Shown: one piece after another, positions 52,101-59,316 of the stretch
Position numbering within the stretch: the stretch's first letter is position 1
How the letters are laid out: each line of letters starts with the position of its first letter
NCBI RefSeq assembly: GCF_001194135.2
Contig: NC_068981.1
Span: 155,023,221-155,087,220 of the forward strand
Reading direction: 5' to 3'
DNA: 64,000 bases
From: Octopus bimaculoides
Lineage: Eukaryota
Program-made: the position numbers and the translations under genes
Notes under the pieces: generated by a model
The model's input: the letters and a program-made list of their open reading frames with translations, nothing else
Databases searched by the model: none
Told to the model about the DNA's origin: nothing

Positions 52101-54745
52101 CTCGCATGGATGGTGCTGTTAGTGCTTCACTGGCACGGGTGCCAGTCATCGAAATATATAAACTATCTAGTGCTGACATGGGTATTAAGTATTCTATACA
52201 GCTGTTGTATAATAGGTAAATTGCAGCAAGGTACCTTGGAGCTACTTTTATTGCTACCTGGCCATGGTGAAGATGAAATAGATATCTGCACTAACCAGGC
52301 ACACACTGATCCTTTTGTCTAAGCCAGCTTTAGTCTAGGTCAAAAATCCATTTAATCACAAAAGTATTTGCATTTATAGAGGCACTTGTTTGCATCTTCC
52401 TACTGTATGGCTGTGGGACATGGCTAATGAATGCTGTAGACTTAACATAGACTAGAAGTTTTTATCTGTCTTTGCTTTCAGTGTGTTCTCTGCGTTAGCA
52501 GAACTAGAAGATTGTTTGTCATATTCTTGTTTAGCATTAACTCCAGCAAGTTCTTTTCCTAACTGAATTAGGTACTGTCTTCTTTTATCCTTGAAACTTT
52601 GCAAGTGAAGCTGTTTAGCAACAATGAAAGGATTCACTGCACTTATATCAATCATGTTGTAGAATATAACCATTAAGCCATCATTGAATCATTCTTTTTG
52701 CAAGTCCATACCATCTTATCTAGGGTATCTACTCCTCCTTTTGTTTTGTTGGAACATGTAATAACTCCAGGTTTCTTTTCAGTACTTTTTGAATCAATTG
52801 AAGGATGAGAGTGCATTGTACTCATAAGTGTGACTACATAATTTTTCTTGGGACAATAAGAGGACTGAGGACTGGCGAACCAGATGGCTGCACCAGACTC
52901 CAATCTGATCTGGCAGAGTTTTTACAGCTGGATGCCCTTCCTAATGCCAACCACTTCGAGAGTGTAGTGGTTGCTTTTGCGTGCCACCGGCACGAGGGCC
53001 AGTCTGGCGGTACTGTCAACGGCCATGCTCAAATGGTGTTTTTACGTGCCACTTGCACAGGAGTCAGTCCAGCAGTGCTGGCAACGACCTCGCTCGAATT
53101 TGAAATCCAAATATTGTGGCTCATAATTTTGTTGAATATTGGACGGCCGTCTTCTTGACTCCATAACTTTTCATGTTTAGATTTATAAACACTTATTAGA
53201 AAAATCAGTCCCATGAATTTCTTTAGTTCAGAGGGATCAGTTTCTTTCCATTTGTTTTTTTGTAAAAAAACCTGACCTTCAAAATTTGTCTATTTACGAA
53301 TTACTTCAAGAAGATTCTGGCATATAAAGATAGTAAAACATACCTTTTACTAAAGCAGAATGGTCCACATTCTTGACGCACGATATTGCAAGATGAAGTT
53401 TGAATAAGAGGATTAGAATGCCAAACTCTTGTCTCTCTCCAGAAACATATTGCTCATTCATAATTGGGTGGCTTGCAGATAATTGTATCATCATTAGCTG
53501 ATGACACAGAACCTAAACTGTCCAGCACACAATCACTTTCACTATCATCTTCATCTAATTCCAGTAACCTTTTCGATATTTGGTCTTCACTCAAGTTTTC
53601 ACGTCTAGGCATATTGGAAATCATAACTGAACTATATGAAACTTGATAGCAGACCAAAGGCAGATATTACTCTCCCACATATTTATACTCTCCTGAAAGA
53701 TGATGCAATATATTGTAAGAGTTGTGTCATCATATAAAAATATTGTATCACCCTATAACCTAGCAGATTGAAGGTGATGCAATACCACATAAATTTACTA
53801 GAATATTTTCATAATTTTTCCTGTTTTATCTAAAATTCGGGAAATAAATTGAATGCAATTTTATATCTGATAAGTATCTAGGAAAATATTTGATATTGCT
53901 TTTATTCTGTTTAGGATGACAAGCATATTGTCTGAATTTAATTTGAGGGTCCAATAGACCCATACAGTAATTAAAGTGAAATTTTCTAGCTTTTGTAAGC
54001 ATACGGAAAATTTCCCATTTGACAAATAAAAGAGAGTCTAGAAAAAATAAGAGTCACGAGAAATCAGCAGAATCAAATAATATAAACAATAGGAAAAAAG
54101 CAACTGAAATTGGTAGACGGAAGGTTAAAATATCTTGATTATTTTTAGTTAGGACACACAAAGAAATATAGATTCCAGAGGTATAAGGTAGCAGAGACCT
54201 AATTTCCATAAAACAGAGTAACCCACTGATACTTAATGTTCTGCCTACAATTCTTTCTAATTGCTCTGTAAATAGTTTGTTTTTTAGAAGGCAGTTTCTG
54301 ATGAAATCAAAAACTGAAAAACAAAAAAAAAGCATTTTCCACTTAAAAAAGATAATTTCTCTTTGATTCATTAGTAAACAGTAATAAGATGTAAATGTGG
54401 CAACTGTGGAAGGATTTTCACTCAGCTAGAATTCTTGTTTCACATTCATTTTTGTCTCTCTTTTCACTTGCTTTTTCTTTTTTTTTCAGAAATGGACCCC
54501 CAAACAAATTTGCTCGGTTCGGTGGAGGTGGGAGAGGATTTCGGAACTTCAGCCGAGGGGGCAGCTTTGAGGGTGGGTCCCGAGGATATGGGGGTGGCTA
54601 TGGCAGTAATTACCGTGGTGGGATGAGTACAGGGTTCACCAACAACTGGAGAGGTGGTGGCGGATTCCGCGGTGGATACAATCGTGGTGGGTATAACAGA
54701 GGTGGAGGTTATCAGCGATCTGGGGGTGGTGGGGGTTACTACTGA
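9407..54745 (+). CDS. DHX9: ATP-dependent RNA helicase A (DExH-box helicase 9), complete spliced CDS, 30 coding exons, 1226 aa
   Basis: Manual exon joining gives an open frame [16 protein letters not shown]...GGGGYY*. It contains dsRBD1, dsRBD2 ([12 protein letters not shown]...[22 protein letters not shown]), MTAD ([11 protein letters not shown]), motif I GETGCGKT, Ia [36 protein letters not shown]2/OB regions and a C-terminal RGG tail. All 29 introns are GT-AG with matching phases; exon lengths sum to 3681 nt. Confidence 0.98.
10443..10620 (+). repeat. tRNA-derived SINE
   Basis: catggcttgtagggttaagaagtttgc...gaccaataacttgtgagtagaatttgattagtggaaatt. Confidence 0.7.
11207..11460 (+). repeat. 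tRNA-derived SINE (well preserved)
   Basis: gtggctgtgtggtaagaagcttgcttcccaaccac...ctgggttcagtcccactgtgtggaaccttgggcaagtgtc...ccttgtgagtggatttgttagacagaaactgaaagaagccc. Confidence 0.85.
11951..11960. other. Assembly gap with duplicated A/T homopolymer flanks
   Basis: 10 N; aaaaaaaaaagttttttttt occurs on both sides, so a scaffolding overlap is likely. Confidence 0.95.
12140..12355 (+). repeat. tRNA-derived SINE (second family)
   Basis: ggcaagctggcagaattgctagc...aaatgcttagc...ttctgaattctaattcc...gtcgactagcctttcatcctttcagggttgataaaataagtaccag. Confidence 0.82.
13318..13500 (+). repeat. tRNA-derived SINE
   Basis: catggccatgtggttaagcagttc...gtttagtcccact...gagtgtctattacc...ggtacagggaaact. Confidence 0.7.
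14214..14463. mobile_element. hAT-type MITE with 8-bp target-site duplication
   Basis: Ends cagggctgtggagtc... and ...gactccaactccatgggcctg are imperfect inverted repeats; identical GTTATTAC at 14206-14213 and 14464-14471. Confidence 0.88.
16082..16235 (-). repeat. tRNA-derived SINE, antisense copy
   Basis: gggtttctttcaggttctgtctaccaaatgcattcacaagg is the reverse complement of the 11207 core ccttgtgagtggatttgttagacagaaactgaaagaagccc. Confidence 0.8.
16560..17050 (-). mobile_element. Degenerate retroelement-like fragment, family unassigned
   Basis: Purine-rich, GC-elevated block with broken minus-strand ORFs; no clear motif recognised. Confidence 0.3.
17655..17990 (+). repeat. tRNA-derived SINE
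   Basis: ggttaactttgcaaccacatggtttcagattcagtctcactgc...gggccaatgtcttctact...gacaactggtgttagtttgttcacgtc. Confidence 0.72.
18590..18724 (+). CDS. DHX9: DHX9 CE2 (dsRBD1 C-part)
   Basis: [45 protein letters not shown]; ttttag / gtaagt. Confidence 0.96.
18880..19050 (-). mobile_element. Old RTE-tail fragment
   Basis: acatccatcttccatgcaggcatg...gagtttttatggctggatgcccttcctaacaccaaccactt resembles the young RTE tails. Confidence 0.65.
19381..19477 (+). CDS. DHX9: DHX9 CE3 (linker)
   Basis: [32 protein letters not shown]; ttccag / gtaagt; phase fits neighbouring exons. Confidence 0.85.
19569..19669 (+). CDS. DHX9: DHX9 CE4 (linker)
   Basis: (S)[33 protein letters not shown]; gatag / gtaatt. Confidence 0.88.
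19838..19975 (+). repeat. tRNA-derived SINE
   Basis: ttaagaagttt...ggttcaatc...ctaccatagccttgggctgatcaatccttgtgagtgaaatttggtagatggaaactg. Confidence 0.72.
20525..20745. mobile_element. TTAA-type (piggyBac-like) MITE
   Basis: ttaa|cctttttgacactaacccatc ... gatgggttggtatgaaaaggg|tttaa: about 21-bp imperfect TIRs, no coding capacity. Confidence 0.75.
21293..21432 (+). CDS. DHX9: DHX9 CE5 (dsRBD2 start)
   Basis: [46 protein letters not shown](R); cttcag / gtaagt, phase 2. Confidence 0.96.
30219..30354 (+). other. Candidate PTC-containing (poison) cassette exon in DHX9 CE5-CE6 intron
   Basis: Acceptor tttgtttgtctgtcatgcag(cag), perfect donor CAG|gtaagt at 30355, about 48% GC by hand count in much AT-richer flanks, in-frame TAA after 3-4 codons. 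Confidence 0.5.
32843..34014 (+). mobile_element. Decayed mariner (Tc1/mariner) transposon, about 1.2 kb
   Basis: Degenerate TIR core ataaataatgtgg (about 32856) / ccacattatttat (about 33990). Broken transposase: ILLYEFNK...[22 protein letters not shown]...DEPRPG, then VPHKLSESN, then [24 protein letters not shown] (YSPDL-like motif, final D of DD34D). Stops and frameshifts throughout. Confidence 0.92.
35304..35454. other. Assembly gap flanked by (TA)n
   Basis: N run about 110 nt upstream of CE6. Confidence 0.99.
35562..35608 (+). CDS. DHX9: DHX9 CE6 (47-nt dsRBD2 exon)
   Basis: (R)[15 protein letters not shown]; ttgtag / gtaagt. Confidence 0.95.
35839..35975 (+). CDS. DHX9: DHX9 CE7 (dsRBD2 end)
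   Basis: (H)[45 protein letters not shown]; gttag / gtatgt. Confidence 0.96.
36780..37215 (+). mobile_element. Old RTE LINE 3' fragment
   Basis: Degenerate ttgtatgatgcttgtgtataaacagtgataatgcatggtagtgagaca (LYDACV..VMLHGSE-like) through cctatccagctcatgcaagtat. Confidence 0.65.
37334..37423 (+). CDS. DHX9: DHX9 CE8
   Basis: [30 protein letters not shown]; ttacag / gtaagt. Confidence 0.88.
37531..37698 (+). CDS. DHX9: DHX9 CE9 (MTAD)
   Basis: [12 protein letters not shown]...[27 protein letters not shown]; ttaaag / gtgagt. Confidence 0.95.
38483..38560 (+). CDS. DHX9: DHX9 CE10
   Basis: [26 protein letters not shown]; atttag / gtaagt. Confidence 0.92.
39073..39192 (+). CDS. DHX9: DHX9 CE11 (helicase motif I)
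   Basis: [40 protein letters not shown]; tttcag / gtaatt. Confidence 0.97.
39473..40627 (-). mobile_element. Internally deleted piggyBac (PGBD4-like) element
   Basis: Flanked by TTAA (39469-39472 and 40628-40631) with TIRs ccttttcgttac / gtatcaaaaggg. Minus-strand remnants: acidic N-terminus...[20 protein letters not shown] (39921..40364) and [14 protein letters not shown]...[14 protein letters not shown] (39615..39812). The rest of the catalytic domain is absent. Confidence 0.88.
41227..41298 (+). CDS. DHX9: DHX9 CE12
   Basis: [24 protein letters not shown]; ttttag / gtaaaa. Confidence 0.95.
42184..42325 (+). CDS. DHX9: DHX9 CE13 (motif Ia/Ib)
   Basis: [47 protein letters not shown](G); atccag / gtatgt. 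Confidence 0.97.
42478..42560 (+). CDS. DHX9: DHX9 CE14 (DEIH motif II)
   Basis: [27 protein letters not shown]; tttcag / gtaagt. Confidence 0.97.
42751..42907 (+). CDS. DHX9: DHX9 CE15 (SAT motif III)
   Basis: [52 protein letters not shown]; ttttag / gttagt. Confidence 0.97.
43029..43135 (+). CDS. DHX9: DHX9 CE16
   Basis: (D)[35 protein letters not shown]; tcatag / gtaatc. Confidence 0.96.
43417..43515 (+). CDS. DHX9: DHX9 CE17
   Basis: [33 protein letters not shown]; ttacag / gtaagt. Confidence 0.96.
43642..43756 (+). CDS. DHX9: DHX9 CE18 (motif IV)
   Basis: [38 protein letters not shown](G); tgtcag / gtaagt. Confidence 0.97.
43963..44057 (+). CDS. DHX9: DHX9 CE19
   Basis: [31 protein letters not shown]; tttcag / gtaagt. 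Confidence 0.96.
44137..44646 (-). mobile_element. RTE-clade LINE 3' end (young copy)
   Basis: (cat)n tail plus cgtttaacgtccgctttccatgctagcatgggttggacg. Minus [25 protein letters not shown]...[21 protein letters not shown] is an RTE ORF C-terminus. Confidence 0.9.
44863..44936 (+). CDS. DHX9: DHX9 CE20 (motif V)
   Basis: [24 protein letters not shown](K); ttttag / gtaagt. Confidence 0.97.
45034..45186 (+). CDS. DHX9: DHX9 CE21 (motif VI)
   Basis: [50 protein letters not shown](R); tttcag / gtgagt. Confidence 0.97.
45562..45722 (+). CDS. DHX9: DHX9 CE22
   Basis: [53 protein letters not shown](E); tttcag / gtgagg. Confidence 0.97.
45821..45932 (+). CDS. DHX9: DHX9 CE23 (HA2)
   Basis: [36 protein letters not shown](Y); ttctag / gtaagt. 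Confidence 0.97.
46583..46747 (+). CDS. DHX9: DHX9 CE24
   Basis: [54 protein letters not shown](R); atacag / weak donor gtgtgt. Confidence 0.95.
46841..46925 (+). CDS. DHX9: DHX9 CE25
   Basis: [28 protein letters not shown]; tttcag / gtaatc. Confidence 0.95.
47511..47609 (+). CDS. DHX9: DHX9 CE26
   Basis: [33 protein letters not shown]; ttgtag / gtaagt. Confidence 0.95.
48511..48678 (+). CDS. DHX9: DHX9 CE27 (OB-fold)
   Basis: [39 protein letters not shown]...[10 protein letters not shown]; ttgcag / gtaatt. Confidence 0.97.
49011..49126 (+). CDS. DHX9: DHX9 CE28
   Basis: [38 protein letters not shown](W); cgatag / gtaagg. Confidence 0.96.
49148..49174. repeat. (CT)n microsatellite
   Basis: Directly visible dinucleotide run just downstream of CE28. 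Confidence 0.85.
49560..49975 (+). mobile_element. Old RTE LINE fragment
   Basis: Degenerate gtgaaaggtagattgtatattgct...gtgctgcatgctagtgagg...gaagaggcagacaaggaagacctgg, matching the RTE ORF C-terminal region. Confidence 0.6.
50082..50279 (+). CDS. DHX9: DHX9 CE29
   Basis: [65 protein letters not shown](E); tttcag / gtgagt. Confidence 0.95.
51749..52150 (-). mobile_element. RTE 3'-UTR/tail copy
   Basis: (cat)n tail; near-identical to the 44137 copy (gactgaggactggcgaaccagatggctgcaccaggctcc...gatgccctttctaatgccaaccactccgagagtgtagt). Confidence 0.88.
52452..53660 (-). mobile_element. Decayed piggyBac transposase fossil interrupted by an RTE fragment
   Basis: Minus-strand fragments in order: [72 protein letters not shown]...[28 protein letters not shown]...[13 protein letters not shown]. 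These resemble piggyBac DDD transposase motifs. Termini uncertain. Confidence 0.85.
52862..53095 (-). mobile_element. RTE 3'-UTR fragment nested in piggyBac fossil
   Basis: Same family core as the 44137, 51749 and 59397 copies; no (cat)n tail. Confidence 0.85.
54490..54745 (+). CDS. DHX9: DHX9 CE30 (NLS-like [12 protein letters not shown] tail, stop)
   Basis: [24 protein letters not shown]...[28 protein letters not shown]; long polypyrimidine tract ending ttcag 54489. Confidence 0.96.
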
Positions 54746-54749
54746 ATTC

Positions 54750-54755
54750 AATAAA
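54750..54755 (+). terminator. Candidate proximal poly(A) signal of DHX9
   Basis: AATAAA 4 nt after TGA, followed about 25 nt later by a GU/U-rich stretch (cgttgttttcatcttggatgtttg). Confidence 0.45.
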
Positions 54756-54969
54756 TACCTAGAACACTATAATGGATGAACGTTGTTTTCATCTTGGATG
54801 TTTGAGCTTTCTTTACCAGTTCCAGCTCATAACTGGAATTTCTGCTACAACTATTGTTAGTTGCAGTCACTTGACCAAAGGCCCAAATATTAGTCTCATC
54901 TTCATCTCCCTTCCCCTTATAAATATATGTAGACTATTTTGTTGTTTAGTTTTATATCTTGTGAAATTG

Positions 54970-55439
54970 GTTTAGTTCCTTTAGTTTGAAACAATGTGTT
55001 TCTTGTTCTATGTAAATCATTTTGCAGGTTTCCTAAGGACAGGTTTGTTCCCTTCAATGAGGGCAAAAGGCAGTGTTTTGTCAAGGTCTTTTAATTACAG
55101 GTGTAGTTAAAATAAAATCTCTTGTTATTATTTGTTTCTTCTGGCATAAAATTCCCTTATAATTATTGAAGCTGCATGTTTCTGGTTGTTTGTGAATTAA
55201 GTAATTAAGTTGTTTAGTTCCTTTAGTTTGAAACAATATGTTTCTTGTTCTTATTGAAAAGTTTTATGTAAATCATTTTGCAGGACAGGTTTGTTCCCTT
55301 CATTGAGGGCAAAAGGCAGTGTTTTGTCAAGGTCTTTTAATTACAGGTGTAGTTAAAATCTGTTATTGTTTCTTTTGGCATAAAATTCCCTTATATTATT
55401 GAAGCTGCGTGTTTCTGGTTTGTAAATTAGTAATTAAGT
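54970..55439 (+). repeat. Tandem duplication (about 242 bp + 228 bp) downstream of the DHX9 stop
   Basis: Copy 1 54970..55211 and copy 2 55212..55439 share gtttagttcctttagtttgaaacaat...gagggcaaaaggcagtgttttgtcaaggtcttttaattacaggtgtagttaaaa...taattaagt, with several small indels. Confidence 0.92.
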
Positions 55440-56150
55440 GAATAAGACTGCAAACAATCCATTCTGTATCACACAATGTGTGATGGTTTATTCTCAGTAG
55501 GCTGTAACTTTTTTTATTTTTGCTTATGAAAATGCCATATGTATTTTTACATAGGCAAAATTAGCTCCTTTATATAGTTAATTAACCTTTTGTTAGTTTA
55601 CTCTGAGTTTTCATCATATCTTTATCACTGACCATTTACAGTCGAAGCTCATAATTCTTTCATAACCCTCTTAGCTGCTACTTAAAAATCTGCCAGCCAT
55701 ATCCTTTTGTTAGTCTTTCTGAAAATGCTCCCACAGAGAAAAGAAATTTCCACTCTTACCACCGCGACCACCACCGCCACCACCTCATAGTTGATTATCA
55801 GTCCGAGTGTTAAGAATTTATGAATGGCCACCCCCCATCCCCCAGTCAGCTAAAAGTAATCAGTTAGTATTGACTCATTATTTTCTAAGCAGGATTAATT
55901 ATCTCTTCTGTAAAAACCAGGAAATTATATTGGGAACAATATTATTTCTAATGTTTCTCTTGTCCAAAATGGAAGTAATTGCAGGATACCATCTGAAGTC
56001 TTATTGATTACAGCTTTTAAACTGTAAATGGGAGACTGTTTTCATTTGGCAGGATGAATGAGATTTTTTTTTCCTGAAGTTTTAATTTATGGTGAAAGAT
56101 TTTTTTTTGATCAAAATTAACAACAAATGGTTTGATCTCTTGGCCAACAT

Positions 56151-56574
56151 NNNNNNNNNNNNNNNNNNNNNNNNNNNNNNNNNNNNNNNNNNNNNNNNNN
56201 NNNNNNNNNNNNNNNNNNNNNNNNNNNNNNNNNNNNNNNNNNNNNNNNNNNNNNNNNNNNNNNNNNNNNNNNNNNNNNNNNNNNNNNNNNNNNNNNNNNN
56301 NNNNNNNNNNNNNNNNNNNNNNNNNNNNNNNNNNNNNNNNNNNNNNNNNNNNNNNNNNNNNNNNNNNNNNNNNNNNNNNNNNNNNNNNNNNNNNNNNNNN
56401 NNNNNNNNNNNNNNNNNNNNNNNNNNNNNNNNNNNNNNNNNNNNNNNNNNNNNNNNNNNNNNNNNNNNNNNNNNNNNNNNNNNNNNNNNNNNNNNNNNNN
56501 NNNNNNNNNNNNNNNNNNNNNNNNNNNNNNNNNNNNNNNNNNNNNNNNNNNNNNNNNNNNNNNNNNNNNNNNNN
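56151..56574. other. Assembly gap between the DHX9 and RXR 3' ends
   Basis: N run. Confidence 0.99.
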
Positions 56575-59062
56575 TTTTGTTGTCATATCAAAAGTATAAA
56601 GAACTAACAAAGGCTAGCTTTAACTTTGGTACATTTTGTTTTTCCACTATCTTTTCTAGCCTTTACTCTCTACATTTACTTGCACCTTACATTTATTTAT
56701 TTATTTCTAGAGCTTTCTACTCACATGTCCCCACCAGTTTTAAAAAAAAAAAAAGAAAAAAAAATTCCTAATCTTTAAATTTTTTTTTGCGAGATCTGAA
56801 AGCTTCCAAGTAGTAACATTTGACCAATAAATTTGTTGCTCCACTTGTAAACAATATCTTCCTTGACCAACCTGCACTTTAACCTCTATTTTGGTCTGAT
56901 TGGTTTAGTATCCTAATTTCAGCATTCAAGCACTTGCATCATTACATCATTATACCTATTGTAAAAATAATTTTAAAAATAAAAACCCAATTCTAGCAGT
57001 GTTGCCTTATCTCAGAATTGAGGAATCATTTTTGTACATATAAACATCAAGTTGTTAGTTTACTGCAGGCTTCTCCTCCAAACTACTCTAACAACATCTG
57101 GGGATGTATAAACTTTCTTGGCTTCTAGAAGTTTTTCATTCACTTTTCTTCCTTCACTTTTCCAGAATCAAGCCCTTTTCAATTTCTAAAGATCAAAAAT
57201 AAAGATTTCCATAGTTTTTCTGTGTTCTGTTATTTTTCTGGGTAGGTCAGTGTATATAAAATGAAAACATAAGTGCTTTGGCAGGGTTAGCTTTTTATGT
57301 TTCCAGCAAATGAAACCGATTTGGCATCAGAGAAATGCAATATTGAAATTCTCTAGTGGCATCTTAACAGATGCAAACCAATACTAGACAGCTGTGAGTG
57401 TGGGGCATGAATTCTCAAAAAAAGTTTTAAAGTATAACAACTTACAGAAATACACTGATTATATAATCTTTTATTACAAATACATTTTGTTGCTGATATA
57501 GGGCAAGTGTTAACAATACTGGACAATTAGGATCAAGGATTATTTATTTTTTTTATTTTTTGATTGGTGCAAAATAATACCTGTTCAGAATGGCAAGAGA
57601 ATTTTAATTCAAGAGGCCAGATGTAACTTTGTCCACTCCCTTCCAGCTCGGATATTTAAAGTTATAAAATAGTCCTGAACTGAACCCAAAAGGAAATTTA
57701 ACTTTTTAAATCACTTTTGCACATATACCAAATCTGGCCTAACTTTACTGCAGCAAGCTGATGTGACAAGGGAGGTCATTATTTACTTCAATTTCTGTGA
57801 AAATTAACTCAGAAAGTCAATTGTGATAAAATGAAGCAGAAAGTGGGGAGAGCACCATGGAGACATTTGAAGGGTAATAGTTTTCAAAGTGGCACATAGA
57901 ACAAATTTAACAGTAGTAGAAAGACATCTTTATTTAGCTTTGTTTATAATATTCTATTCTTGGTATCCACACTGGAGTTTGTTTTGAACTTTGACCATGA
58001 CTAAACTTCAGAATTAAAAGTTTAGAAGCACAGTAAACAAAACATTTAACTTACTAAAACACTTAAAATCAATAAGCCAGTTTCAATATAGAATATCTCA
58101 TGGAGATGCTAAACTTGATGTCCAAAAGCAAAAGTTTAGGCAATAAATGAGATCAAAGTATCAGATGAGAGATTGTGTAAAGGGTAGAGAGGATTGGCAG
58201 ATTTATTTCACAGATGCTATCAGATCTCTGGCATAACAGATTTCAGGTACGTTTCTTACTTTGTCAGTTGTTTATGTTCAGTGCAAGTGATTGGCAGCAT
58301 TGCAACCAGATGAACACAGTTACAATTATGTGGTTAGGACAATCACTCGGATAAAAGGCAAGAAATAAATTACAGTGAAAGTAAAATGCAAGAGAGTTTA
58401 ATTAGCTATGCCAACATAATGAATTACTTCTTTTAACTCTTTCCGTGCATTAAGAATGAGCAAAGAAGCATTCTCAACAATTGTCTGTTGAGGAAAGAAG
58501 CAACCAAATGAGATTTGATGAAGTGAAATCACCTAAGAATAATGGAATTACTTTCACATATATACACCAAGATATAACAAATGAAAATGTGTAGAAATCG
58601 CTATCTGAAAGTAAGCAGTTGGAGATGGATTGAGTTAAACAAAAAACAAATAGAATGTTGCTGTGATTTCATTTAGTGCCTTCCTTAATGTTGAGCAGAC
58701 AATGTTTCAGGTAAGGTTGGCTAGATATAAAAGTAATATGTCTGGAGCAGCAGTAAAATCAGCAATATGGATAGGGAAACAAAAAGAATTTCATAGGAAG
58801 CTTCAAATATGCACCAGGATTATAGGAGACGATACAGCCTGGTGGATGAAAGGGTGGGTGGGGAGATTTACATGGAAATTATCCCAATCCCGAACACAGT
58901 TGACCCAAATTAGAGTAGCAGAACAATATAATTTGGTTATCTGCTGCCTTCATTTCATGAAGCCAACTGGAGGATGTGGAATAACGGTCGCAGAAGTAGT
59001 ATGTGTGTGGCTGGTGTTGGGCAAGTTTCACATTTTTCAACTTTACGTCTTTTATAAAATGT

Positions 59063-59316
59063 CTATGTTTGAGGACTGGGAGTTTCTAACATTTCCATCA
59101 AGAATGTATCAATTGGAGTGTCCCCTATAAGTTTGAAGAAAAATAAGTGCTCCAGACACTTTAGTCCAATGCTTCTCAGTGCAGGCAAACGCAATAACAG
59201 TTTGGCAAAGCGGCCAGTTTCTTCTGGGTATTGGCATTTGCAATATTCTTCTAAACTAGCATAAACCTTTTCTCTCAGAGATTCAACTTCTTGTGTTGAA
59301 ACTAGGCCTTTAGCAT
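59063..59316 (-). CDS. RXR: RXR last coding exon (helices 9-12, stop)
   Basis: [86 protein letters not shown]; tttcag acceptor. Missed by the ORF track because it has no start ATG. Confidence 0.97.

Noticed and set aside
54464-54751. Minus-strand Thr/Pro/Ser-rich 95-aa ORF
   Set aside because: Antisense shadow of the Gly-rich RGG exon.
58663-59130. 155-aa plus-strand ORF
   Set aside because: Antisense to the RXR last exon and 3' UTR; no recognisable domain or coding-like composition.
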